Below, in pieces: positions 1 through 16,210 of a stretch of 64,000 nucleotides of DNA (within the stretch, counting starts at the first letter, position 1; each line of letters opens with the position of its first letter). The position numbers were made by a program, and so were the translations under genes. Under the pieces are notes generated by a model, which saw only the letters and a list, made by a program, of their open reading frames with translations, did no database searches and was not told where the DNA came from. The DNA lies in the NCBI GenBank assembly GCA_964035545.1, contig OZ037770.1, forward strand, positions 8,810,973 to 8,874,972, in the 5' to 3' direction. This DNA comes from Bugula neritina (Eukaryota > Animalia > Bryozoa).

Positions 1-1284
1 ATTGGCAGTGATTGCAGATAGTTAATAGCTTTCACAAGATCCACTGTTTGGTTATTTGTTGCACCATCATTATAAAACATCAAACACCTCTTTATCACGG
101 CAAGTAACAAAATTGAAAGAGTTCGGTAATTTATTGTGTCTTTGCATAATTTAATTACTTTGATGTTTTTATTACTGTATAGTTAGTTAGTGTAAAGTTA
201 TTTGTAGCAGCTATTAGAGCAAAAATGTTAATTAAATTGTACTGGTTTCAGAGACTGCATCTTGTGTAATTTAGGAAAAATTCTAGGATCAGCACTGAGC
301 TTAGGGTGACTGAGTGCAGAGTTTGCATCGACATACCTGTTCAAGCTATAAATTCCAACCAGTGCACTCAGCGATCACCGATGCAGTGCTGCTTCTAGCA
401 ATACTCATAGCCTGAAGTGAGACTTTAGTTAGCTCTCCCTCTATAAATCAGCCATCTTTTTAAAGGCTAATCTAAATAATATCATGTAAAATGAAAAACT
501 CACAACTGCTAAGAAAATTGTTGTTCTGCGGCTTTAAACCACAAAGTTGAGTTTTATTTTCTCCATAAAAATATTAGTTTAATATAGATTGGCATAAATT
601 TTAAAAAATAAATATTGCATCTAGGACCTACATACTTGAGTTGTTTTATTGTGCTACCCAGGGATGTAGTGGTAAAAATATTCTTGGCCATACTCTCAGG
701 CCGGGGGTCCAGGGGGCAGCCTAGGCCCCCGGCGGGGTCCGGGGCAGCGCCCCGGCGCCGAAGCCCTCAGAGCACTTCTGATGCAAATTTATGCAATTTA
801 AAGCCATTGCGAATTATAATTCTTCTGATAAAAATCTGTGTTGAAATGTGCACCTCGCTATTATTTTCATACCGTACCAGCTACATGACGACTGGGCATT
901 GCTGCAAACTATATAAATATTCAGTCTTGTCCTATACCTGTTGACTGTAATGTAATGTAATGTAGTCTTACTCAACTGCAGTTAGGTTTATTCTGACACT
1001 TAGTCCAACCTGTACAGAAAAATTGCTGAATATCTCAAAAAGATGGAAGGATAGAGGCAGGTAACAAGTGCTCTCCAAATGCAACCTGATTACTTTAAAT
1101 AACTAATACAGTGCCGTGCACAGAAAAAGAATAATAGATCAGAACAGAGGAAGATTGCTAATCAGAAAATGTGTGTTGGTTAATTATAAAGAGCAATTTG
1201 AGTTGATAACTCATTGGCAAGCAGAAATTGGTTGAAAACCTATTTGGAGTTTATTAGAGTACTAGTCTAATTCATAAGGTGATA

Positions 1285-2606
1285 GGGGTAATGGGGGGGG
1301 GGGCACAACGGGCCGAATTTTGCATTTGTTGCTCCCATTCGTCTGTTTTTCAAATTACTAGTTCAATAATCTCTAGTCTTAATGCTGCATCTGTTGTCTA
1401 TTACAGGTACCAGTTTGTTGTTTCTATCTCTCTCACAACTTTCAGAATAATGAAATTTTCATGACGAAAAAATTGGCCCATTGTGCCCCGGTACCGGGTA
1501 CAATGGGCCGCTGGGTGGGACACAACAAATATATTGAAACTTTGCGTATTTTGTTACATCTGATCTTTATTTATTTAATATTATAAATAAATAAAGATAC
1601 TCTTTCAGGTCTACAGCAAAATTCATGTTTTAGCTGTACAGTTTGTACCACCACAGATAAAAAGGGGGGACAAAATCAAGCGCACATCACTCATTTCTAC
1701 GGTACCAGTTTCATTACTGTTTAGAACTAAAAATGTTTTTTCTATTTTCACTTCACAGGAACTTTCATCAGAAAAAACTTTAGTAACATGTACTATAAAA
1801 TTCCGAGTGGACTTTTTTCTATGAACTGTAGCTAAGGTGCATGCATGGCTGAGGTTTGTGACTGGAGTACGGAAGAGAGAGGGGGGAGCAAATGAGCAAA
1901 TCACAATTTATTTTAGTCAAATACATGTATATTCCCTCAATGGTGTAATATATAATGATTATCATGACTATCTACTAGTAGTAACAGCAGAGTGTTTTGT
2001 ATTATGTATAAAATGGCAAAGCTTTAACCTCACCAGATATATATATTAGGGGAGCTTCAACTTGTAGTTTTGTAGTCTTACCATGATGTCTTTGATATTT
2101 TACAAAAAGGTCAGAAATGGCTATATCTATAGATTTTAGTAACATTTCAACGAACTTTTTTGGCAAACAAACTAATAACAGTGATCAGGGTGCAATAATC
2201 AGGTGGCCCATTGTGCCCCGGTCAGCGTGGCCCATTGTGCCCCGTGTGGCCAAATTGAAAATAAATGTGCGTCAATGAAAATTTATTTCAGTGTTGGCTG
2301 TTATACTAGTTAAAAAATGTAGAGACAAGCAATGGCAACAATATTAGTAAAATCTAGGCTTCTTGCCTTTGAGTGTAAAAAGTTATAAAGCTTTAACGAC
2401 ATCCTAAAAAATTTACAAAAATTAGGTAAAAACAGTTTTTTACTCGCCTTTCCAACACGCATGTTCCGCAAGTGTTAAAACTACAAAGGCTGAATAATTA
2501 TGTCAATATCTTTTTATGAAAAAAAATCACAACTCTAGGTCAATAAGTTCTCGCACAATTTGGCCGGCTTTTTGTACCCCTATGATCGTTGTGCCCCCGT
2601 TACCCC
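1285..2606. mobile_element. Non-autonomous TA-TSD DNA transposon (pogo/Tc1-mariner-like) nested in hAT copy 1
   Basis: TIRs GGGGTAATGGG..GCACAACG / CGTTGTGCCCCCGTTACCCC flanked by TA (1283-84, 2607-08). Internal GGCCCATTGTGCCCCG repeats at ~1475, 2205 and 2229. Segment is absent from the homologous position of hAT copy 2. Confidence 0.85.
1623..1830 (-). pseudogene. Possible degenerate C-terminal fragment of a pogo-like transposase
   Basis: Translation KKSTRNFIVHVTKV...VEMSDVRLILSPLFICGGT resembles, by recall only, C-terminal tails of invertebrate pogo-like transposases. Lies inside the TA-TSD element. Confidence 0.4.
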
Positions 2607-4519
2607 TACCGCCACACCTCCTTACACACAATAAAGCACACCCAAGAAGAGTATGTTAACTTGGTTTTAAAATAAACCCCCCCCCCCCCTGAGCTTCCAC
2701 TAGATACATCAAGGAAATTTACTCCACAAGAACAAATTTGACAGGTTTAATATGTGTTAACCTACAAGATGATTAAATGTAAAGCCAGACGTTAGTACAA
2801 TCAAACATAAAAGGTTACTTATGGTGGTGTACAGTTTGCAAAACCTTATTGCATTGATAATTAACATGCAATAATGCTAGGTTTTTGACAAAAATGTGGA
2901 TATAGTACCTGTAGACCTCAGTGATAAATTTTCATTAGCCTCCCCTACACACCCGGTACTGTTTCTTGAAGACATTTTGATTTTATTTCTGGATTTCATG
3001 TTGGTTTTTTTCCAAATTCCATTGCTTATTGACAAAATGCAAGTTCACACAAGATAGATAAGGGCAACCTTCTATAGCTGTCAGTGCCTTGCTGAGGCCA
3101 CATTATTGGTATATTATAAGAATTCAGTCCAGCCAAATAAAACCTCACTTAATTGTGCTAGAATTAAAATTTAAAAACCATGTTTTAGATCTTCCTGTTC
3201 CTCAGAGCACCTGCTTTTTTGAGTTTTCAATATTTTTTTGCAAAGTTATCGACAAAAATCTACCCATCTTTGGCCAATTTTACCTGAAAAATTTATTTTT
3301 CAATCCCTGCCAAATATCTCAGCAGGAAAGCATGGTATTCGAATAGAACAAACACTGTCGGAAACCTGAGAAATTTATGCATGGTAAATTTTTTGTTCAG
3401 TCTTTTCAATAGCCTTCATAGATTTTCTACAAGTTAGTGATTTATACACTGAAAATGAAAGATTTTTTCCTTAGTAATCACCAATGCACAGCACTTCGCG
3501 CTTCAGTGAACACGTCGAGATAAGAAGATGCAATGTTGATAGCTGCATAGTAATCATAGTGTAATCTCAGGCTAAACAATCACAAGTAGGCAACACGCAT
3601 GCCACCCACATAGCATTAACATAACAAGAACTTAAGTTAGATTGTGAGCGAAATTTATGATATTCTCAGTGAGGATGCCCAAACTATCCTGTGCACTGAT
3701 CATCTTTCAAAAATATTTATGCCCATACGGGCGTATGGCCTAGAACAGTCTATTTTCTTCTAGGCCATACGGCGTATGGGACCGTATGGGTACCACTACA
3801 TCCCTGGTGCTACCAATGCGTCCATGCTTTACTGTTATATTCACATTTAGCTGCACACAATAATTATTTCTAACAATCTATACCTATACTTTGAGTAATA
3901 CGTACATATGATGAATATTTATCGGTGCAGACTTTATAATTAAAGAAATCTAATCATAACAATTCTTCAATCTCTTGCTCTACCGCCAGCAATGTCAAAA
4001 TAACTTAACACTAAGAGCATTTCAAGTGTGCAGCCTAACAACGTAGTCTATCATCTTTTCAATACAATTCTTAGACTATTTTTACAATTGATATGTCTTA
4101 TGATGATTTATGGCTTCCAGAAATAGGCAATAGCTTATGAAACATCATTATCCTGCAAGATGAAATTGTTTCATAAGCTGATGTCATGACATCGGATAAA
4201 ATATTGTTTTTATAAGTATATCTCTATCTCACATAAAGAAATATAATTTAGTATAAAGCACAAACTTAACATTTACTTAAGAGAGTAAAATTTATGTTTT
4301 ACATTTAGAATCACCTCGTCCCCACAGAACTGAATGCATCTGTTCAAGATGATTGTATGGTTTCATCCTATTGACATAGTCATCATGCACTGAATGAATA
4401 ATCCGTTCCCCTAATACAAGTATGGGGCTGTAGCTAACTAATCACACACTGTGGCAGTTGTACTATATATATGTCATTCAAAACAACGTAACAGGATATG
4501 CATTTATATCAGGTTTTAA

Positions 4520-5748
4520 GGTTGGATGCCTAAACAATTTTGTGTCATAATTAATTTTGTGGGAGTATGTACTAAAATTATTTGGGATTTCTGATCGTCT
4601 GGAAATGAAATGTTCATTCGGCTTCCACTTTACCACTACTATATAGGCCTACCTTATACTAATTATAGCTAATTTTTATTGCACGCTATTGTTAGCTGCT
4701 GCACTGCACAGCATAATCACCGGCTTTCCATGTACCGATCTCAGATCGATCTCGCTGAGATCGATCCATGGAAAGACGCTAAAGATCGATCTCAGTCGTT
4801 CTGAGCTGGTCGGTCTGTAGAGCTCGAACTCAGATCGATCTCAAGGCAATAAGGTCATGGAAAGACGAAAGTTCGATCTGAGAAATAGAAAAAGACTGTT
4901 CGCTAAAATGTCGCCGCTAATAAAAATGATAATTTATTGGTAATTACTAAGCAAATTACTTAATAATTACTATAGCCACATTTTCAGATGCCAAAACTTT
5001 GACTTTCAGTACTATGATTAAACAAACTCAATTATATAAAATTATAGACGGTAGAAGGTGGAAAAAGTAGGAGCATTTAAATTGAATTTAAATGGCTAGT
5101 AAAACTTACTTTCATTAGTTATTTGCTGCTTATTTTTAAGCCCAATAGTCCTGTAAGTTTATGAATAATCTGCACAACAGCTATTAATTTTATATAAGCT
5201 GTCAAACTAAAATATTAAAATGAATTATCTTAAGTTGGCTAAATTACTTTTTACTAAAAGCTTTACTGCGTAGAGTTTATAGCTGGCACTGAATTTTAGA
5301 CTATGGAAATTTTGTTTTTTCAAAAGCATTAGCTTGAATCACCCAGGTGGGTTAAAAAATATAATATTAAAGTACTCTTCACTTAAGAGGAGGCAACTCC
5401 GCTAGATCGATCTGACACTCTCATGGAAAAACGATCGATCTGATCAGCACATTTCTCAGATCGATCTCAGCGAGATCGATCTGAGATCGGTACATGGAAA
5501 GCCGGTGAATCACTCATCACAGTTCAAAGTTTAAAGTTTAAAGCCATACCAGTGATTGTGCTGTGAAGCGCAGCAGCTAACAATAGCATGCAATGAAAGT
5601 TAGCTAGAATTAGTATAAGTTTTATAGTATAGTGGTAAAATCGAAGCCGACTGAAAATTTTGTTTCCAGGCGATTAGAAATCCCAAACCATTTCAGTACA
5701 TACTCGCACAAAAATAATTATAAAACAAAATTGTTTAGGCATCAAACC
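4520..5748. mobile_element. Palindromic MITE with TTAA TSD (Kolobok-like), interrupted by element 4718-5507
   Basis: ~200-bp imperfect inverted arms (4520-4717 vs ~5550-5748) with GG...CC termini. TTAA at 4516-4519 and 5749-5752. Confidence 0.8.
4718..5507 (+). mobile_element. MITE with CAC termini and 3-bp TSD (AAT), copy 1
   Basis: ~48-bp perfect TIR CACCGGCTTTCCATGTACCGATCTCAGATCGATCTCGCTGAGATCGAT. AAT duplication (4715-17, 5508-10). Multiple AGATCGATCT palindromes. Second copy at 45556-47068. Confidence 0.88.
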
Positions 5749-8022
5749 TTAAAACAGTATGCAACTGAAAACTAACATAATTATATAAGAATACTTTAGT
5801 ACTGCGTAAGTGAAGTGTGTCAGGGATTCTTTAAGGATTGGAAAGAGTGTTTCAAGTTTACTGACAAATTATTGTAGTACTCTAAAAACCATAATAAAGA
5901 AATATAAGTTTAACGGTGATAAATTTAAAATACCTAATTATAAATTTAAAGTTGAGACAATGTTTACCATAAAAGTTTGAAAACCTTTATATCAGTTTGT
6001 ATTGATATGACATCAAATGCATTTTTAAACAAAATTTAATAATACTGAAATTGTGCTCAATCAAATAATATTAAGTAGGTATGCATGTCTCTCTTTTTGA
6101 AGGTCCAATTCAAGGGTATCAATTTTATTGAAAGAAACGTTTATTTATAGATGACAGATCAACCATAATACTGAGTTTCAATAAACCTGCTATCATGATA
6201 GCAGATCACACGTCTTTTCTTGCAGTCACACATTTTGATGCAATTTTAAAGACTTGTATGCCAAGTTTCTAAAGACATTAATTGCCAAAGTCAACAATGT
6301 CTTTGAACTTATAGGCCAATAGCAGCACACACCAAATACCAATTTTTTTAAATGCTTTCATATCACAGAGTGTATACCAAGCATCTTTTAAAGTTGTTCA
6401 AAGATGAGGTGTATAGTATAATCAGGTACCATGAATCAGGTAACTTCAAAAGGTGCACCACGACAACACTTAAAATAATAGTATATTTACCAAGTTGAAG
6501 CTGCATTTATACCTTCACAATTTACAGTCAGAAATTTAATTTGGCTGAGTTGAAATTCCTTGGAGTTGCCACTTGTCAAAGTTTTTGTACTGTGATAACT
6601 TAATCGGCTGAGTTCAGAATGCATGATACTCAAAAGGAGTAATAACTCTCTGTATAAATATTGTTATATGATTATGACTTTGTCGATTAGATGATGTATT
6701 TATATGATATTAATCATATTGCCTGCGATTTTTCCATTATCGCTTTTATACTGTCAACTTTACTAATTCACGACGTTTCCAAAAGCATCAAATAACAATT
6801 AGACGAGTCAGATTTCACTTTTAGAAAGTAAGCTTTCGCATCAATATGGTTTCATCAAGTTTCATGAGTTTGATTATAGAGGAGCACTCAAATGAGTGTT
6901 ATTAACTGAAACTTGGTAAACTGTTCAGGCATTTTTAGTAAATATTGTTAGAAGATATAATTTTTATACAAAGATTTTTATAATAAACATAATAACATTT
7001 TCTGATAGCTTACGGTACTATTTTTAAATGTTGAAGATAAACCGTGATTCATTAGGTTGTTTTTCTAAGTGCTAAAATAACATCTAATTATAAATCTCTA
7101 TAAATCTATAAACACGAGTTTGATTGGACGCTGTTATTACATAGGTCATCTAGGGCACAAAACCTGTATGCTATGTGAAATGACTGCAAATATTTTGCTG
7201 CTTCATTGAATTATCTTATAGAAGTAAATAGATTAGAGTTTAGGAAGCAGTTGCTGGAGTAAAGAAGTTTTTCTTCCTCTACTGATATCGTCATTTGCTT
7301 ATTTACATAATATACTGGTGACATAATGTGGGTTAATAATAGCATAATAACAGTTGCTATATGCCATTGGCTGTCAAACTTTCTTGTTTAAACTAACTAG
7401 AGACCAGATATATCTGCACTAACTTCATATATCTACACCTGCCGCTGTAAGAGTTGCGAGAACACAACAATCAGATATTACCCAAGACTGTATTAAAATA
7501 AACATCATTGTTTTTATTGCTTATCTGGGGTAGAATTCTATAGTCAATTTTTTTTTAAGAAGGAAACACTTTTTATCATAAATATCTTTCCAATGTTAAA
7601 AATACTGAGATGATAGAAACTATAACATGGCCACATTTTGCTGCTTTGAATACTACCACAGCATGCATGTAACTGCAAACAGCTAGAAACTCATGTAATA
7701 AAATGAGTTGAAAAGTTTTGCACTCACCTAAATACATAATTATTGAAAGCATGGTAAATGAGTCATTAGAAGGAAATTTTTAAGCCTCTTTCAACTCCCA
7801 ATACAAACAGGTAAGTTGTGGTGATTGCGACATATGGCTTTTGTATTTTTGCCAAAAACACACCCAGCAAAGTGTGCCAAACAGATAAAAATATAAGCCA
7901 ATAAGGAAATAATATTTTTCGATTCAACTCTGGTGTATATCACTCAAGAATTTGAGCCATTAATCAGTTATCTCACATAAAACTGTTAGGGTGAACAGTA
8001 AAGGGGTTTGGTAGAATTTTGG

Positions 8023-8029
8023 TATAAAA
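8023..8029 (+). promoter_or_regulatory. Putative TATA box of the secreted peptide gene
   Basis: TATAAAA just upstream of a short non-coding exon ending at a strong AG|GTAAGT donor (8082/8083). Acceptor TTGTTACAG ends at 8357, before ATG 8391. Confidence 0.55.
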
Positions 8030-8390
8030 TCAGCTGAAATCTCTCATATCTTCACTTGTACACAGCCTGTCTTTGAGTGAAGGTAAGTTTCTAAATGTTC
8101 AGATCTTTAAATTAATACTTCCAGTAAAATCGAAGTGCTTAAAAATAGGTTTAAAGACAAAAGATTACATGCTTCAATTAAATAAAAATTTCAACATTTC
8201 CTATAATGCACACTTTGTAAATTAACAGTTGTATTCTATTTTCTGCTTTAACATATTGAATAGAATTAATGTTGTATGCCTTAAAACTCATTATTAGAGT
8301 TTGGAGTTGTTATACTAAATATTGGTGCATTCAGCAAGCTTTTGCATATTGTTACAGAAATATCGCACAAGACAACTTGATTGAGCAGAG

Positions 8391-9094
8391 ATGAAGCCTG
8401 TGAATGTACTGTTGGTAGTGATGGTGATAGCCATGGCTCTATTGTCCACCTCACATGCTTCTGGTTACAACAGCTTCGGTCTGAGATCCCACAGAATAGT
8501 TAGTTATATAACTTTATTTTGTAGACATTAAAATGAAATAAAAATAAATATTAACAGTAGATCAAAGCCAAAGATAAGCATGCGGTTTAAACAAAAAATT
8601 ACATTATCTACTAAAAGAAGTACTGAATAGAATTATTTTTCGATTACAAAACAATGCTCATTTACATTATCGCAAATATAATTATATATTATGTGTTTTA
8701 CTATTAAATGAATAAAATACATGATTTGAAAATTAGATAAATATTGGAAAAGTACATTATAAGTTAGATAAATAAACAGGTAGCTTAAAATTCTTAGCTA
8801 TGGATAACTGCATTGACAAAATAAATAGGAATTTTTTTTATATCTGATCAAACTATTATTATAATCTTAAAAAGGCGATTTGATTGGATAATAAGATGAT
8901 ATGTTTATACCCAACCTATTATGTTACAGAGTTACTGCTGCAAGTATGGCAAGGTTCAAAGAAAGATTTGTCTCGGCCTCCATTGGGGAGGATATGCTCC
9001 AAGATGCCACTATACCTACAGCACTGTTTGCAAGAAGTACTGCTATCGTCCCATAGTGAGAAGACGACCCATCAGCCACAGACCACATTACTAA
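8391..9094 (+). CDS. Small secreted cationic cysteine-rich peptide (90 aa; candidate antimicrobial or adhesive peptide); coding exons 8391-8498, 8930-9094
   Basis: MKPVNVLLVVMVIAMALLSTSHA-SGYNSFGLRSHRI | SYCCKYGKVQRKICLGLHWGGYAPRCHYTYSTVCKKYCYRPIVRRRPISHRPHY*. Phase-0 GT..AG intron 8499-8929, signal-peptide-like N-terminus, AATAAA at 9336. Confidence 0.85.
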
Positions 9095-10241
9095 ATGCTT
9101 TATGCATTCTTTATTCAGATCTATGTGTGGCCACTATGTATTCCATACATTGCTTTCTCTAATTTTACATGATAAATTGATTCTGTTTTGTTTTAAGCAA
9201 TTGTTTCTATTTTGTTTTAATTTGTTAAATTTTAGTTATTGTTATACTGTGAACATTCTTTTTGGATTTTGTAATAATTGTTTTTTATTGAAAGTTTTTC
9301 TGTAGAAATTTAAACACTAGCTATAGATATTGCTTAATAAAGTATAAACACAATGATAACCAACCATAACTTTCAATTGCTATTTATTACGTTACTTATA
9401 AGACCTAATAAATTTAAATAATATGCAACAAACTATAGGTATATACACAAAAAATTATTGCACACCTATGCACACACATGCACATATACTGTAAACATGT
9501 GTATACATGTACATGTATAAATAAGCATATTGAATAATTTAATTTTTTTTGTCAATTGCAGCAGAAATAATTCAAAATTTTTTTAAAGTTGTCCAATATT
9601 TAGAAACGTCTACAATTATTTATAATATTACATAGACATAGTTTGCTGTAATTTAATGTAATTTATTTATAGAATTTTTAAACAAAAACAATAATTTGGC
9701 AGTTTATTTTCTTATGACTCGGGTTTGGATGCAACAAAGTATGAACAACACAATCTACAAAAAATAGCAAAACATGAGGTAAAAGCTTTCAATAGCGTTT
9801 ATTGTACTACAAATATGAATAATCAAGATGGTTTTCAAAACTCACAATAGAAAATATGAGGCTTTGTAAAAAGATTAAACTATATACAACAATTAAGAGT
9901 TTCTAACTTATAAGGGTAGTTATTAAAAGAAAACTTACAGTAATGATAAAGCATTTTGTGCAAACTATATAATTATATTTGATGGTTATTTTTAGAGTAA
10001 GTTTCAGTATTTTATCAGAGTCTGGGAAAGTTAGATAAAGGTTTTAACATAAGACTTAAGATATACAAATGTAGAAGTGAAGCTAAGATATACAAACGTA
10101 GAAATAAAGCTAATTTATACACATGTGCAAGTGAAGATAAGCTATACACATGTAGAAGTGGGGACAAGAATATATACACATCTGGAAGTAGATAGAGAAG
10201 CGTGGTTTAGCTATGCACATGTAAAGGAAACTTTATTCTTA

Positions 10242-15256
<5,015 letters not shown>

Positions 15257-16210
15257 GTTTTTCTCAGGTAAAAACTAAAACACTTTTAGTCTGTTCAACA
15301 CACATTTGTAAAGTGTATGTATAGTAAAGTGTTGTAGCTTGTTTTTCATAACAATGTATAATTTGGCTTTGCAAAAAAGGTTATAATAAAGCAGAGCTTT
15401 TTTAGATTGCTTGCTTGAAGTAGCTTGGTTGACTATTATACAGTCTATATTATATTTGCAAATTTTTGAGCTAAAATCGTTTTGAAAATGAATTGTATCA
15501 CTGACTCCATTTACATAATATTCATGAATCCCTATCTGTGTATGCTTACATTAGTAACATGGGTTGACAATGCTACTGTAAAAAAGATACTTTTAAAATT
15601 ATTTTAACACATGTACGCTGTGCTTCATGTCATTGAGGCGTATTATTTTACTGAATACAAATACTTATACACATCTAATGCATTTATAATGTATGTGAAT
15701 ACTTATTTTGCTAATAATATCTGAAAGCAAAGTGAAGACTTGCCATTGTGCTAAAAAGGTTGTAAGACAAATGCAATTAGTGACATATGTCTGTTTAATG
15801 ACCACGAGTACTTCAGAAGTTAAACAATTGGACTTTGATTAGAATACTGTAAAATTTTATTGAACTTTTAAAAATAGTTTACTAATGATAGTATATACAT
15901 CTATTAGTTAATGCACGTGAAATCAAAATTTGTTTTTATAATAGTATTTTTATAGAACATTATAATATTTTGTATTATAATGTACTACTGAGCTATCAAT
16001 TATATACAGTCATTATATAATATTTTACATGAAAAATGGTAAAAGTTGTGTTTCACAAATGATCTTACAATTAATTTATTGCATATACACATTATTACGA
16101 AATTCACTGTATATAGCAAACACCTATAATAAAACATTTTGTTATAATATTTCATTATTACTATCAGAAGTTGTGCATATAACATTTTAAAAGGCCTGTG
16201 TTCCCTGTTT

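Larger units (their letters stand above)
659..3806 (+). mobile_element. Non-autonomous hAT-superfamily DNA transposon, copy 1 (~1.8 kb when empty; contains nested insertion 1285-2606)
   Basis: Perfect 16-bp TIRs CAGGGATGTAGTGGTA (659-674) / TACCACTACATCCCTG (3791-3806). 8-bp TSD GTGCTACC (651-658, 3807-3814). Subterminal CCATACG/CGTATGG repeats at 3723-3790. Homologous inverted copy at 49421-55947. Confidence 0.93.

Noticed and set aside
283-398. Imperfect inverted repeat
   Set aside because: Too degenerate to define termini or a TSD; probably an old MITE remnant.
615-944. GC-rich ORF / CpG-island promoter (also 55633-56007)
   Set aside because: It is the GC-rich subterminal region of the hAT element, present in both copies.
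4309-4374. Possible terminal exon NHLVPTELNASVQDDCMVSSY*
   Set aside because: Acceptor is plausible, but no upstream exons can be linked within the window.
8884-9162. 92-aa ORF in the track
   Set aside because: Wrong frame; the spliced frame starting at 8930 gives the Cys-rich peptide joined to a signal peptide.
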